From a virus (Duplodnaviria > Caudoviricetes): a DNA stretch of 64,000 bases. Under the pieces are notes generated by a model. That model saw nothing but the letters and a program-made list of their open reading frames with translations, had not been told where the DNA came from and ran no database searches. Positions within the stretch are counted from its first letter, which is position 1. Each line of letters opens with the position of its first letter. This document shows positions 9,892 to 19,744 of this stretch, piece by piece. Location: IMG/VR virus record IMGVR_UViG_3300042258_000341, positions 132,979 to 196,978 of that record; one strand, 5' to 3'. The translations under genes and the position numbers were made by a program.

Positions 9892-10395
9892 TTAGCGTAA
9901 AAGAATAGATTCTTGAAATCGTAATAAAAAAGTAGTCTCTGTTATAGCTTGTCCTACTACCAACATAAGACCTGACGTTGGAGGGGTTGAAGTAATTTGT
10001 CCGTTTTCCCCAAGATAATAAATTTGCCCCGGCAATAAAATACTTACAGGGAATTCTATAAACCCGTGATATTTAAAAAAGATTTCTTGTCCTGAAGTTC
10101 CAGTTCCTTGTGCCATAAAAAAAGTAGGAATAAAATCAGAAAGCAATTCCGGCAATAAATATCCAGCGTTGTAAGCATTATTGTCTGTCTTCACATACAC
10201 GATATTGCCGAAATCTATATCTTCCCCGCAAATTAAATTTAAACCATCCCCCGGGACTCCCGGCAATCCTTGTTGGGCTTGAAAAGCAATTATTTTCTTC
10301 TCGTTCCGCACAACAAGGGCAGGTTTATTATCTTCAACCGTCAATTTCTTGGGTTGAGAAATAATAACAAGTCTTGATTTAGGATCAATAGCCAT
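9892..10395 (-). CDS. Structural protein (capsid decoration / DUF2190-like)
   Basis: Short QGLPGVPG collagen-like stretch; GEDIDFGNIVY...LPGQIYYLGENGQITSTPP...VGQA. Confidence 0.55.
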   Translation of the reverse strand: MAIDPKSRLVIISQPKKLTVEDNKPALVVRNEKKIIAFQAQQGLPGVPGDGLNLICGEDIDFGNIVYVKTDNNAYNAGYLLPELLSDFIPTFFMAQGTGTSGQEIFFKYHGFIEFPVSILLPGQIYYLGENGQITSTPPTSGLMLVVGQAITETTFLLRFQESILLR

Positions 10396-10401
10396 TTTCT
10401 T

Positions 10402-10746
10402 TTAATCCGTCTCGGAAATTGTGGGGGAGTATTTTACATACATATGTCCGTTAAGAATCACTTCGGAATGCCCTAAAGCATTTATCAAAACCATATCGTA
10501 ATGTCCCGCCCCGAGTCTTAAGGTATTTGTTGTTACTTTATCCATAAACAAAGTAATTGTCGCTGTCGGGATATCTATAGATGTCACAAAAGAAACCTTT
10601 GTTTCTTTTTCTTGTTCGTGTCGAAAAGCGGCTTCGATAAAGCAAGCTGATAAATCTACAAGGGTTCCGTCCGGGTTTTTAAAAACAAAAGAAAGGGAAA
10701 AATCCTCCCCCTTATACACTTCAACATCTAAATTCGCAGGATTCAT
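10402..10746 (-). CDS. BppU-like beta-sandwich structural protein
   Basis: KGEDFSLSF...G..VDLS...YDMVL...ILNG pattern. Confidence 0.55.
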   Translation of the reverse strand: MNPANLDVEVYKGEDFSLSFVFKNPDGTLVDLSACFIEAAFRHEQEKETKVSFVTSIDIPTATITLFMDKVTTNTLRLGAGHYDMVLINALGHSEVILNGHMYVKYSPTISETD

Positions 10747-10752
10747 CTGTTA

Positions 10753-11058
10753 CTACCCCACAATTCCTTTTATTGTTTTCCAAGAGTTTTGTATGTAAAT
10801 TAAAGTCGCTAAATACCCGGGGGGAATTATAATGTCTCCAGAGGTTGCTTGAGCATCCCCGTTGTAGATATAGATTATCTGCCCGTTCACCCCTGTTGGC
10901 AAAGACACCGCATTTGCTGCAGAAGCTGAATCGTCTTCGATAATAATAGTAGTGTAATTATTAGGGATGTTGATTGTTTCTCCTGCAGAAACATTTCCCA
11001 CATTTGTTACTAATTTTTGATATATTGGGGGTTGCGCCCCTACGGTTTGCACTGCCAT
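10753..11058 (-). CDS. Small structural/fibre protein
   Basis: LPTGVNGQIIYIYN...W motif. Confidence 0.5.
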   Translation of the reverse strand: MAVQTVGAQPPIYQKLVTNVGNVSAGETINIPNNYTTIIIEDDSASAANAVSLPTGVNGQIIYIYNGDAQATSGDIIIPPGYLATLIYIQNSWKTIKGIVG

Positions 11059-11101
11059 TATTTAAATCTCTCGTCTTTCAAAAGAGTTAAGTCTGAATAA
11101 T

Positions 11102-11148
11102 TTTAAATTTTCCGGGGACATAATATCTACATCCCCGGAAAATTTAAA
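11102..11148 (-). terminator. Intergenic hairpin (putative terminator)
   Basis: TTTAAATTTTCCGGGGA / TCCCCGGAAAATTTAAA, a perfect 17-bp stem directly after the stop of 11154..12998. Confidence 0.75.
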
Positions 11149-11153
11149 TCAGA

Positions 11154-12998
11154 TTAGTTTGAATTCAACAAACCACGAAGTTCAACGGTGAAAGTAGAAC
11201 TTCCTGCATCGGTAACATTGCTGATTTTTACATAAATCTTATTTGTCGCAGTATCATCTGCGTTTCTGAAGATCATGCTTGGCAATGCAAGATTTATCCC
11301 TGTAGAATCTATGTTCTGTACTTCGTATACAAGATTCCCCGCCGGGTTTCCGGTTTTTTCGAAAATCTGCACGGTTGAATCCGAAGTTGCACCCGAAACA
11401 GTGATCTTCAATTGCAACAAAGTAGCATTGTTGGTGAGAACGCCTTCCGTAGTTGAGAATTCGAGAGTTTCTGCACCGGAAGCTGAAAGGGCGGCAGTTG
11501 CCTTACTTCCCGCAAAAGAGGTTGGATATGTAGGTTTAGCGTCGATTGCCGCACGTAACGCATTGAGAGAGTCGGTAGTTGCATCGAAACCACTGCCGTC
11601 ATCAAACAATTTGCGAAGCATACCGGCAATTGTAGCCGCTCCACCGTCAATTGCTGCAGGAGTTCCGATATTGGTTTCAAGAGTATCAACATAAGCATCG
11701 ATTGTAGAAAGAGCTGTGTCGATAGCATCCAATTCGGTAGCAGTGTTTGCAGGAAGATTGTCAGTTTTTGCTTTTATTGCAGTGACATCGCTCTGAATAA
11801 GCCCAACTTCGGTGTCGATAGTTGAAAGAACAGTCGCAGTATCAGCAGGAAGATTGTCGGTTTTAACTTTGATTGCATCAACAACGGTATCAACAGTTGC
11901 AAGGTTGTTAAGAATTGTGGTTTGGTTAGCAGCAGTAGCATCGTTAACAAGCTGAGTAATGAAAACAGAACGATCTTGAGTCAGTTCAACAGCATTTTCG
12001 GTATATTTAACTTGAAGGTTAAGTAACTCGTCTGTTGCAGCATCTGTGGTTTTCAAAAAGAAATAATATCTTCCAAGACTGTCACGAGGGATTACTTTGT
12101 TGCTGGTATAAATTACAGAACCTGTAGCGAGAGCGGTGTCAGTACCGTCTCCATCTTGGAATAAACGAGTAGTTACATCAGTTCCGTCAGGTTGAGTAAG
12201 AATAAGAGCGACTTCGTTTGAATCCGGGTCTTCGTTATTTCCAGCAGAATCAAAAATATTAATAAATACTTTTGTATATGCTGAACCACTTGCCGGGATT
12301 CTAACTTGCTGAGGAAGATTTGTTGTAAAACGAGTGTTGTTTTGAATACCATCAACAGTAGATTGAACACTGTCGATAAGGGCTTTCAAAGCACCAAGAC
12401 CATCAGTACCGTTATCCAAATCAGATTGAATTCCATCTACAACAGTATCAATAGTAGTAAGAACTGAAGCCGTATCCGTAGGAAGATTGTCGGTTTTTGC
12501 TTTTATTGCAGTTACATCTGTCTGAATGTTCCCTACTTCGGTATCGATAGTTGAAATAGCAGTTGCAGTATCCGCAGGAAGATTGTCTGTTTTTGTTTTA
12601 ACAGCATCTACAACTGTTTTTACTGCAGCTATATCTGCAGAAACAGAAGTTACAGGAGTTCCAAGAATTGTAGCTAAATCTGCAGGTAAATTGTCTGTTT
12701 TTGCTTTTATTGCAGTTACATCGGTTTGAAGATTGCCGACTTCGGTATCGATAGTTGTCAATGCCGTTGCGGTATCTGCAGGTAAATTGTCGGTTTTCGC
12801 TTTTATTGCAGTAACATCGGTTTGAATGTTACCCACTTCAGTATCGATAGTAGAAAGAACCGAAGCAGTATCCGCTGGAAGGTTGTCAGTTTTAGCCTGA
12901 ACAACATCCACTTTACCGTGAAGATTTTCAGCATCCCCCACAACTCTTCTTAATTCAATCACTTCGGGGGGCAAAGGAAAAATAATTTTAGCGGCCAT
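11154..12998 (-). CDS. Coiled-coil fibre/whisker-like protein with ~31-aa IKAKTDNLPAD repeats
   Basis: Seven KTDNLP-centred repeats, Ala/Thr/Asp rich; AGGAG RBS. Confidence 0.65.
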   Translation of the reverse strand: MAAKIIFPLPPEVIELRRVVGDAENLHGKVDVVQAKTDNLPADTASVLSTIDTEVGNIQTDVTAIKAKTDNLPADTATALTTIDTEVGNLQTDVTAIKAKTDNLPADLATILGTPVTSVSADIAAVKTVVDAVKTKTDNLPADTATAISTIDTEVGNIQTDVTAIKAKTDNLPTDTASVLTTIDTVVDGIQSDLDNGTDGLGALKALIDSVQSTVDGIQNNTRFTTNLPQQVRIPASGSAYTKVFINIFDSAGNNEDPDSNEVALILTQPDGTDVTTRLFQDGDGTDTALATGSVIYTSNKVIPRDSLGRYYFFLKTTDAATDELLNLQVKYTENAVELTQDRSVFITQLVNDATAANQTTILNNLATVDTVVDAIKVKTDNLPADTATVLSTIDTEVGLIQSDVTAIKAKTDNLPANTATELDAIDTALSTIDAYVDTLETNIGTPAAIDGGAATIAGMLRKLFDDGSGFDATTDSLNALRAAIDAKPTYPTSFAGSKATAALSASGAETLEFSTTEGVLTNNATLLQLKITVSGATSDSTVQIFEKTGNPAGNLVYEVQNIDSTGINLALPSMIFRNADDTATNKIYVKISNVTDAGSSTFTVELRGLLNSN

Positions 12999-13013
12999 AT
13001 CTATTAAACTCCT

Positions 13014-13394
13014 TTAAAGTTTATTATAAAAAATCGCACATTTAAAAGTATGTCCAACTCCCGAAGAAGGGATTACTTTCATGTAACACAAATTATTTGC
13101 TGTCGGGGTGTCGGTGTTCTCAAATTCCAACCCTATTTTGTTGAACATGAGAATTTCCCCGGTGTCATCCGAAATTGCAGAAAAAACTTTATCCGATAAA
13201 GAAACATCCGAATATATTTCAATTGTGAAAGAACCGCTACCTACAAGATGATTTATCTGAATTTGTGTGATTTCCGCATTTTTTGTAATAATTAAATTTG
13301 CAACATCTCCAGAAAGACCCACATTTGTTAATTCAGCTCTCGATCTTCCGGTGAGTCGTTTCGTTATTGTCGGTTCCAGTTGGACGTTAAACAT
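13014..13394 (-). CDS. Hypothetical structural protein
   Basis: 126 aa beta-rich ORF resembling the C-terminal domain of 11154..12998. Confidence 0.5.
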   Translation of the reverse strand: MFNVQLEPTITKRLTGRSRAELTNVGLSGDVANLIITKNAEITQIQINHLVGSGSFTIEIYSDVSLSDKVFSAISDDTGEILMFNKIGLEFENTDTPTANNLCYMKVIPSSGVGHTFKCAIFYNKL

Positions 13395-13418
13395 AATTTT
13401 CTTATTTCCGCCCTATTC

Positions 13419-13793
13419 TCAAGATATCGTAATAGAAGTCACAACCCCTTCCGAATCACGAACAAAAGTGTAAGTTTTGTCGTAAGAGTCGTCCGAATTG
13501 TGAATATTTACAGAAGAAACATAAGAATTAACATCCCGGGCAAAAGTAAAAGTCTTTGTAACACTTCCGAAAGTTGTTTCTATTGTCGAAACCAAGCCCT
13601 CAGAATCCCTATTTATCGTATACGAACTTCCTTCTTGTAATCTCCCGTTCAAATCTGAAACATTTAAAGAATTCTGCAACGTCTCGAACGAAAGTTTCTT
13701 CGAAGTTAATCCTAACATATCCGACAACAGAAACAAATCTTGTAAATCAATTCCAGTTGCCTGTGTTAAATCCGATACTTTTTTAAAAGCCAT
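13419..13793 (-). CDS. Small structural protein with KxSxL fibre N-terminus and YD-like repeats
   Basis: MAFKKVSDLTQA...DLFL...SKKLSF; three T-x-RD-x-x-G/Y-VS repeats. Confidence 0.55.
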   Translation of the reverse strand: MAFKKVSDLTQATGIDLQDLFLLSDMLGLTSKKLSFETLQNSLNVSDLNGRLQEGSSYTINRDSEGLVSTIETTFGSVTKTFTFARDVNSYVSSVNIHNSDDSYDKTYTFVRDSEGVVTSITIS

Positions 13794-13818
13794 TTTTTCT
13801 TTTCCCGAAAAGTCATTT

Positions 13819-13826
13819 TATTTATA
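13819..13826 (-). promoter_or_regulatory. T4-type late promoter-like TATAAATA
   Basis: TATAAATA on the minus strand ~25 bp upstream of 13793, just past a terminator. AT-rich background makes chance matches possible. Confidence 0.35.
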
Positions 13827-13847
13827 TGTTTTTAATCAGGTGAATAT

Positions 13848-13892
13848 AAGAAAAAAAGATGGAGAGTTTTACGCCCCCCATCTTTTTTTCTT
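13848..13892 (-). terminator. Rho-independent terminator (bidirectional type)
   Basis: AAGAAAAAAAGATGG...CCATCTTTTTTTCTT inverted repeat with T tracts on both strands. Confidence 0.75.
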
Positions 13893-13907
13893 ATACAAAA
13901 CTCCGGT

Positions 13908-14486
13908 TTAAATTTCTTCCACTTCAATCAGTTCAAACTGAGCTTTGAATTCCTCGCTGAGTTCTGGAACGATCAAACATTCCTCTACGGCGCGGTCGAG
14001 AAGCCTTTGAGCACACTCAGAAATAGCTGTAGCGGTAAGAGCTTCTTTACAAGCTGCAAGGTCTACATAAGCTTGGACTTCTTGCCCCATCATAGGATCT
14101 TCTGCTCTCACGGTTCGAGGAGTAAGTTCTTCTGCAGGAACTTCTTCGGAGAAATTGCTGTAGAATTCTTTCTTTACAGTGATTTCATCGATTTCCAAGA
14201 TTTGATTCGGTTCAAGTGTTTCGTAACTAATCTCGTTACCTTCTTCGTCAAAGAGAGGAAGAACTTCAACGGTTTCCGCAAAGAGTTCCTTGTGTACGTT
14301 GAGTTCTTCTTCTGTAAAACTGGGAAGACCTATACGAGGAGTCCCGCCATTGCTGTTGTGGACTTGAATTGCTCGATACAGAACAGACTGGGTTCCGTGA
14401 GGAACGTCTTCGGATCCAAAAGTTTTAACGGGGGAATCGGGGCGCATCGGAAGAATTGTCATGCCATTTACTTTAATGTGTAACAT
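13908..14486 (-). CDS. Acidic hypothetical protein (possible tail fibre chaperone)
   Basis: 192 aa, Glu-rich, AAGGAG RBS, downstream of fibre genes. Confidence 0.55.
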   Translation of the reverse strand: MLHIKVNGMTILPMRPDSPVKTFGSEDVPHGTQSVLYRAIQVHNSNGGTPRIGLPSFTEEELNVHKELFAETVEVLPLFDEEGNEISYETLEPNQILEIDEITVKKEFYSNFSEEVPAEELTPRTVRAEDPMMGQEVQAYVDLAACKEALTATAISECAQRLLDRAVEECLIVPELSEEFKAQFELIEVEEI

Positions 14487-14497
14487 TTTTAACTCCT

Positions 14498-15421
14498 TTA
14501 TACTTCAAAAGCAACAGAACCTGTAAATCTAATCGAATCATAGGCTGTCGAAGAAGATAATTTTAAACGGGTCGATCTTAAGAAAGTGTTGTCGAAGTAA
14601 ACCGAGACATTTGCAGAGATATCGCTACCAGAACCACCTTCTATCAAACCTATATTTCCTGTTGTAGCTACGGTAGGAGTTCCTGCCATTTCAGGATGTA
14701 GGAATAAGCTTTTATCACAAAAAGTAGCTAACCCACCGGAGTTTGGTTTTGGGAGTAAAGTTTCAGCTATGTAAAGTTTCTGATAATACCTTTTGCAGCG
14801 GAGGAGGTCGTCTGCGTAAGGCAACATAGCATATTCCGGAGGATTTATGAAAGCTCCGCACAATTCTTGAAAAGACCCCAAAGATAGTGAAAATTCTCCG
14901 TCAGCCATTAGTTCCACAGTAATGTAAGGAGCTATATTAACTCCTAAAGGATTTCCCAATAAAGATATAACTCTGACTGAACTGTCTGATGTCTTTCTAG
15001 AATTAACCTCTGCGTATTTAATATACGACTGGGTATCCCCAGAGCGATATCGAGGACTAGCCAATACTTTGAGAGGGACAGAAGTTGTAGTGCAAGCTAC
15101 TGCTACGGATGCTGTTATTGCCGGAATGGTACCTTTAGGAGATGTTGATGCTATAGGATTTGCATAGTCTTTGTTCTGAATATTTATGTGTTGACCTTTT
15201 TTGCCGTAACCCCTCAAATAAAGTTTCCCATAAGAAGTAGTGTTTTGGCATTCAATAAAATCGACGGTTACCCCAGAAATTCTCCAAGCATCACTAACGA
15301 AATCAAGATATTGAGCTTCAGTCCAAGAACTAAATAGCCCCCTCTGATTGATTCTGAAACTACCATTCGTTGCCAAATTCTGAGGAGCGATAATGTCGCC
15401 AAATCCTTTTACAATACCCAT
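14498..15421 (-). CDS. Tail fibre-associated protein
   Basis: NLATNGSFRINQRG...DAW and YADDLLRCKRYYQ, matching the ELALCQRYY-type phage fibre motif. Confidence 0.75.
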   Translation of the reverse strand: MGIVKGFGDIIAPQNLATNGSFRINQRGLFSSWTEAQYLDFVSDAWRISGVTVDFIECQNTTSYGKLYLRGYGKKGQHINIQNKDYANPIASTSPKGTIPAITASVAVACTTTSVPLKVLASPRYRSGDTQSYIKYAEVNSRKTSDSSVRVISLLGNPLGVNIAPYITVELMADGEFSLSLGSFQELCGAFINPPEYAMLPYADDLLRCKRYYQKLYIAETLLPKPNSGGLATFCDKSLFLHPEMAGTPTVATTGNIGLIEGGSGSDISANVSVYFDNTFLRSTRLKLSSSTAYDSIRFTGSVAFEV

Positions 15422-15522
15422 AATTTTTCTCCGTTCAATTTATTGTCGTTAATCCAGAAACAAAAGTCTGGATTTGTCTAAAGACTGAGAATGTTAAATC
15501 TCTGTCTTATGTCCTGTGTTAG

Positions 15523-15560
15523 GTAAGAGAAATACAGAAATTACTCTGTATTTCTCTTAC
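15523..15560 (-). terminator. Intergenic hairpin (putative terminator)
   Basis: GTAAGAGAAATACAGA / TCTGTATTTCTCTTAC, a perfect 16-bp stem after the tail fibre stop. Confidence 0.7.
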
Positions 15561-15566
15561 GAGAAG

Positions 15567-18500
15567 TTATTTAAGAATTGGTCTGCCGAGGGGTAGATAA
15601 TTTGCACAAAGATTTGTATTCGGATATCCTACAATACTTAATGATCCGTGACTCTTCATCAAATACAAAGATTTATCAAGAGTAAGCATATCTACTTGAA
15701 TTCCTTGTATATAGTTGCTTATGGCTGACCCAGCAATGCCTCTCCAAATAGCTCTTACAGGCAATGCTGTAGGAGCTAACACTGTTTTTACTCCGGCTAA
15801 GGAGTAAGAGGAAGCAAGATATCCTATTTCGGAGTCAAGTAATGAGTCTTGAGTGATTACAGGGTTGCCTTGCACATAAGCGGGAGTTAATCCTTTGTTA
15901 TAATCGACCCACAAGGAGTAAGTAATAACTTCATCAGATTGACTATCCGTAATAAAATTAACTTTTTGACAATTAAACAACGAATTAACATCTTCGCCAT
16001 GAAAAGAATAAGAAACATTATAGGTGTGATTAACAAAAACATCCCTAAATTTAGAGTCTTGAGGATTTCCAGCAACCCCAGTGCCTAATGTAGTCAAATA
16101 CAATTTATCAGCTATCTTTTGAAATGCTGTAACACGCCGAGTAGTGTCAATCAAACTCCTATCCAGCTGATCCGCCATTGCTTCGTAGAACACAACGACC
16201 TGAGAGTTCGCTGCCGGAGCATGGTTCATGGTTCCTGTGGTAGAATAGACTCCTGTAGTTGAACTACCTGTGTTTGCCGTGTCGGTCATTGCAAGGACTG
16301 CGTGAAGGATGCGCCAGTTGGTTCCATTGTAACCGGAAAACCACATTTTGTAAGTGGAACCGTCTTTGATGACTGAGGGGTAGTAGGTGTATGTGGAGTT
16401 GAGCCCATTCGGTTCGGTGCCGATGTCCATTGCAAGAACTGGAGTTGACCATGTAGTGCCGTCGATGGAGGTTGAATAGAGGATTCTGAAGTTACTGCCG
16501 TTGGAGCCTGAGAACCACATTTTGTAAGTTGAGCCGTCTTTGATGACTGAGGGGGTGAAAGAGTAGACGGAATTGTAACCGTTAGGTTCGGTTCCGATGT
16601 CCATTGCAAGGACAGGGGTTGACCATGTGGTGCCGTCTGTTGATGTGGAATAGAGGATGCGCCAGTTGGTTCTGTAACCGGAAAACCACATTTTGTAAGT
16701 GGAACCGTCTTTGATGACTGAGGGGGTGAAAGAGTGGACGGAATTGTAACCGTTAGGTTCGGTTCCGATGTCCATTGCAAGAACTGGAGTTGACCATGTA
16801 GTGCCGTCTGTTGATGTGGAATAGAGGATGCGCCAGTTGGTTCCATTGGAGCCTGAGAACCACATTTTGTAAGTTGAGCCGTCTTTGATGACTGAGGGGG
16901 CGTAAGAGTGGACGGAATTGTAACCGTTGGGTTCGGTTCCGATGTCCATTGCAAGGACAGGGGTTGACCATGTGGTGCCGTCTGTTGATGTGGAATAGAG
17001 GATGCGCCAGTTGGTTCCATTGTAACCGGAAAACCACATTTTGTAAGTGGAACCGTCTTTGATGACTGAGGGGGTGTGAGAGTGGACGGAATTGTAACCG
17101 TTAGGTTCGGTTCCGATGTCCATAACAGCGCCTTTATATTGGAAACCCATCAAATTACTTGTCCTACTATGAGAATCCACTGGGAGGTTTCCGTCATTTA
17201 TTGGATCAACAGTACTTCCAAAAGGAATAAAACCAATACCATTGTTAGGAAGAACCTGTGTTCCATCGACATTGAATTGGCAACCCAAGAAAGAATCATT
17301 GTTCTGATAGGGGATTCTGTTCATGAACCCTGATCCGGGTTGGAAGGTGAGGTATGCTTGGATGTGAATAGGAGTGTTGGTTGGCATTAATGCGTAACTA
17401 ATGCCACTAATAGCAGTAGCTAAACCACTCGCATTAACTTCATAGCCCAAATCAGGATTGTATGCGACTGTAGATGTTAAGGTAGCAGGGCCATCGCCAG
17501 TTGATTTTGTCCATACTCCAAGTTCGGGCTCGGCTTTATAGGTATTAGTATTTGATATAAAACGAATTGTGTTATTAACAATGTCGATTTGAAATACTTT
17601 ATACGTATGTGAGTCTGGGGACACATAAAGGTCGTTTATTTTAACTCCTGCGACAGAAGATACTTTAAGTCTATCCGTTATAGAATGCTTTTTGGTCGTT
17701 GTAGCGGGGCCACTACCACTTATTTTTGTAAATGTGCCAATCGAGGTTGGCACAGTAGAACCAGAAAACCAGCCTGTAATTTGTGTAACTCCTCCCGCTA
17801 TATTGTGTCGAACCCCGGTAATATTAAAATCTACTCCATTTGGAAATTGATAAATATCCCCAATGGCGAAATTAGCATCATAAACCACCGAAATATTCGT
17901 ATATGTTTTATCTTCCAGTGTAAATACTGCAGAATCTCCACCCAAACCCGACCAAGTACCAGAGACATTAAAAGAATCATAAGAAGCTAAATATTCTGCA
18001 CCAGCTCCCCACTTCAGATGTGGTCTGCGTGTTGAGATTTTTGTACGAGAAGCATGAGATGGGTTTTCGTCATTACCGGATTTAAGATCAGAAGCGTCAA
18101 TGGTAAGAGTTTTTGTGGAAGATACATAAGTAAAAATGGATGTTGGATTAACACCATCTACACTCATATCAGGAATGAGTGCGGTAACAGCTTGTTCGCC
18201 ACCAACATCTGAAAAATAGTTTCTGATTCCATCTAAACCAGACTTAACACCATTCTGAGCGGTTGGAACATTGATCACTTCCCAACCTGCATCAAAAGGA
18301 ACAGAGCCAACTAAGCCTTCAGCTCTCATAAGCTTAGTTCCATAAATGTTAAGGTCTTTATATGTTCCATTACCATCAGAATCACTCATAAGAGGTTCAA
18401 AAGTAGTCATCAATTTTGATTCAAGAATCTGATTCAAATTCTTTTCATACATAGAATCAAAATCAAAGTTATTATCAATAACACCATGTTGTCTAAGATC

Positions 18501-19691
18501 ACAAACATCATTGAAATGAATATGGTCACAGAATTTACCATCAGGTCTTCCAGAAACGCCAGAAGCAATAGTTCCAGCGCCATTAGGATTGGTAAGAGAC
18601 CATGCGGTTGAGTTTCTGCGATGAATGATTGCGAGAGGAACGGCTCTTACGATACTATCAAGAGCTAAAGAAGCATCAACTGCAGCAGAAAGACCTGCAT
18701 CTGTAGAAACAAACGAATAAGAGATTGCCGAAGGAGTTGCAAGTTTACCTTGAGCTTTAATGTTGGTTGTATCGCCGTGAGGCATTGAAGTAAGGTATGA
18801 ACTCACACCGTTTACAACACGGACTCTGTATCGGATCTGATAGTAATTACCATCATCACCTTTAATTGTGTTGTTGTCGGGGTTTGCAAGGAATTTTTCG
18901 ATATTAGCATCATTAGCTTTAATGTAAGCACCATGCCCACTTGCAGAGGCTAAGTAAGCAGGGTTATTTCCACCGGAAGCATCTGCAGTATAAAGAGTAC
19001 AACTATTAAAAGTTGTAAGTGCACCTTTGTCGAAGTTTACGGCTCCATTCGGGAAGAGAACATCATCTGCAGCTCCGATAACAACCTTTTCTTTCCATAC
19101 TTCAAGGAAAGCAAAGTCAAGACGACTTCCGGTTGAAGGAGCAGCTCCGAGGTTGATTAACATCGAGGCATTATATTCGGGACGGATATCAAGGTTAAGT
19201 TTATATCCATCCACGTAAATATTCTTTGGAGTTCCGGCAAGAGCTATGTGATTTGCAAAAGTAGTTGTTGCTGAAGCCAAAGGTTGAGTTACAAGAGAAA
19301 AATCAGAAGTTGTTCTTGCTGTAGTAAGATCGATATCCAATTCATACATTTTGTTGAATTGAGCATAATCAAAAGAAGAAGGAATTCGGTCTCTCATTGC
19401 ACGAGCGGCGATTTCAAGGGCTGAATTGTCTTCATAAGTGGATTCGTTTTCCAAATCTGTAATTGCGTTATCGATTGCAGTTAATTTTGCAGAAAGAGAC
19501 GCTTCCCCGTCACGAGCTGTAACAACTTCAGATTCTAAAGCATCGTGTGCGTCACGAACCGCATCTACGTTGTTGTGTAATTGAACAAGAGGTCTGTTCA
19601 ACACGCCGTCAGAATTTCCACTAACTCCACCAGAAACGGGTTCCCCGTTCTGAATATAAGTTAAATTTTCATTCGGAAGAGTGGTAGTCAT
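15567..19691 (-). CDS. Long tail fibre / receptor-binding protein with five-blade beta-propeller
   Basis: NGEPVSGG...NRPLVQL N-terminus, EVVTARDG, RLDFAFLEVW, YQIRYRVR, GRPDGKF, and five 58-aa PSVIKDG..YKMWFSG repeats. Confidence 0.85.
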   Translation of the reverse strand: MTTTLPNENLTYIQNGEPVSGGVSGNSDGVLNRPLVQLHNNVDAVRDAHDALESEVVTARDGEASLSAKLTAIDNAITDLENESTYEDNSALEIAARAMRDRIPSSFDYAQFNKMYELDIDLTTARTTSDFSLVTQPLASATTTFANHIALAGTPKNIYVDGYKLNLDIRPEYNASMLINLGAAPSTGSRLDFAFLEVWKEKVVIGAADDVLFPNGAVNFDKGALTTFNSCTLYTADASGGNNPAYLASASGHGAYIKANDANIEKFLANPDNNTIKGDDGNYYQIRYRVRVVNGVSSYLTSMPHGDTTNIKAQGKLATPSAISYSFVSTDAGLSAAVDASLALDSIVRAVPLAIIHRRNSTAWSLTNPNGAGTIASGVSGRPDGKFCDHIHFNDVCDLRQHGVIDNNFDFDSMYEKNLNQILESKLMTTFEPLMSDSDGNGTYKDLNIYGTKLMRAEGLVGSVPFDAGWEVINVPTAQNGVKSGLDGIRNYFSDVGGEQAVTALIPDMSVDGVNPTSIFTYVSSTKTLTIDASDLKSGNDENPSHASRTKISTRRPHLKWGAGAEYLASYDSFNVSGTWSGLGGDSAVFTLEDKTYTNISVVYDANFAIGDIYQFPNGVDFNITGVRHNIAGGVTQITGWFSGSTVPTSIGTFTKISGSGPATTTKKHSITDRLKVSSVAGVKINDLYVSPDSHTYKVFQIDIVNNTIRFISNTNTYKAEPELGVWTKSTGDGPATLTSTVAYNPDLGYEVNASGLATAISGISYALMPTNTPIHIQAYLTFQPGSGFMNRIPYQNNDSFLGCQFNVDGTQVLPNNGIGFIPFGSTVDPINDGNLPVDSHSRTSNLMGFQYKGAVMDIGTEPNGYNSVHSHTPSVIKDGSTYKMWFSGYNGTNWRILYSTSTDGTTWSTPVLAMDIGTEPNGYNSVHSYAPSVIKDGSTYKMWFSGSNGTNWRILYSTSTDGTTWSTPVLAMDIGTEPNGYNSVHSFTPSVIKDGSTYKMWFSGYRTNWRILYSTSTDGTTWSTPVLAMDIGTEPNGYNSVYSFTPSVIKDGSTYKMWFSGSNGSNFRILYSTSIDGTTWSTPVLAMDIGTEPNGLNSTYTYYPSVIKDGSTYKMWFSGYNGTNWRILHAVLAMTDTANTGSSTTGVYSTTGTMNHAPAANSQVVVFYEAMADQLDRSLIDTTRRVTAFQKIADKLYLTTLGTGVAGNPQDSKFRDVFVNHTYNVSYSFHGEDVNSLFNCQKVNFITDSQSDEVITYSLWVDYNKGLTPAYVQGNPVITQDSLLDSEIGYLASSYSLAGVKTVLAPTALPVRAIWRGIAGSAISNYIQGIQVDMLTLDKSLYLMKSHGSLSIVGYPNTNLCANYLPLGRPILK
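16306..17123 (-). repeat. Five near-identical 174-bp coding tandem repeats (one unit 171 bp)
   Basis: GATGTCCAT recurs at 16422, 16596, 16767, 16941 and 17115. Confidence 0.95.
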
Positions 19692-19744
19692 ATATTCATA
19701 AACTCCTATTTAAATTTTTTCAGAAAAAATGAAAGATGAAAAAG

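Noticed and set aside
13419-13793. MAFKKVSDL as another copy of the cargo tag
   Set aside because: It lacks the aromatic residue and continues into a common K-x-S-x-L...D...K fibre N-terminal domain, so the resemblance is probably coincidental.
16286-17037. Alternative-frame ORFs (244 aa, 94 aa) over the tail fibre repeats
   Set aside because: They are shadow frames kept open by the GC-richer tandem repeat; no RBS and low-information sequence.
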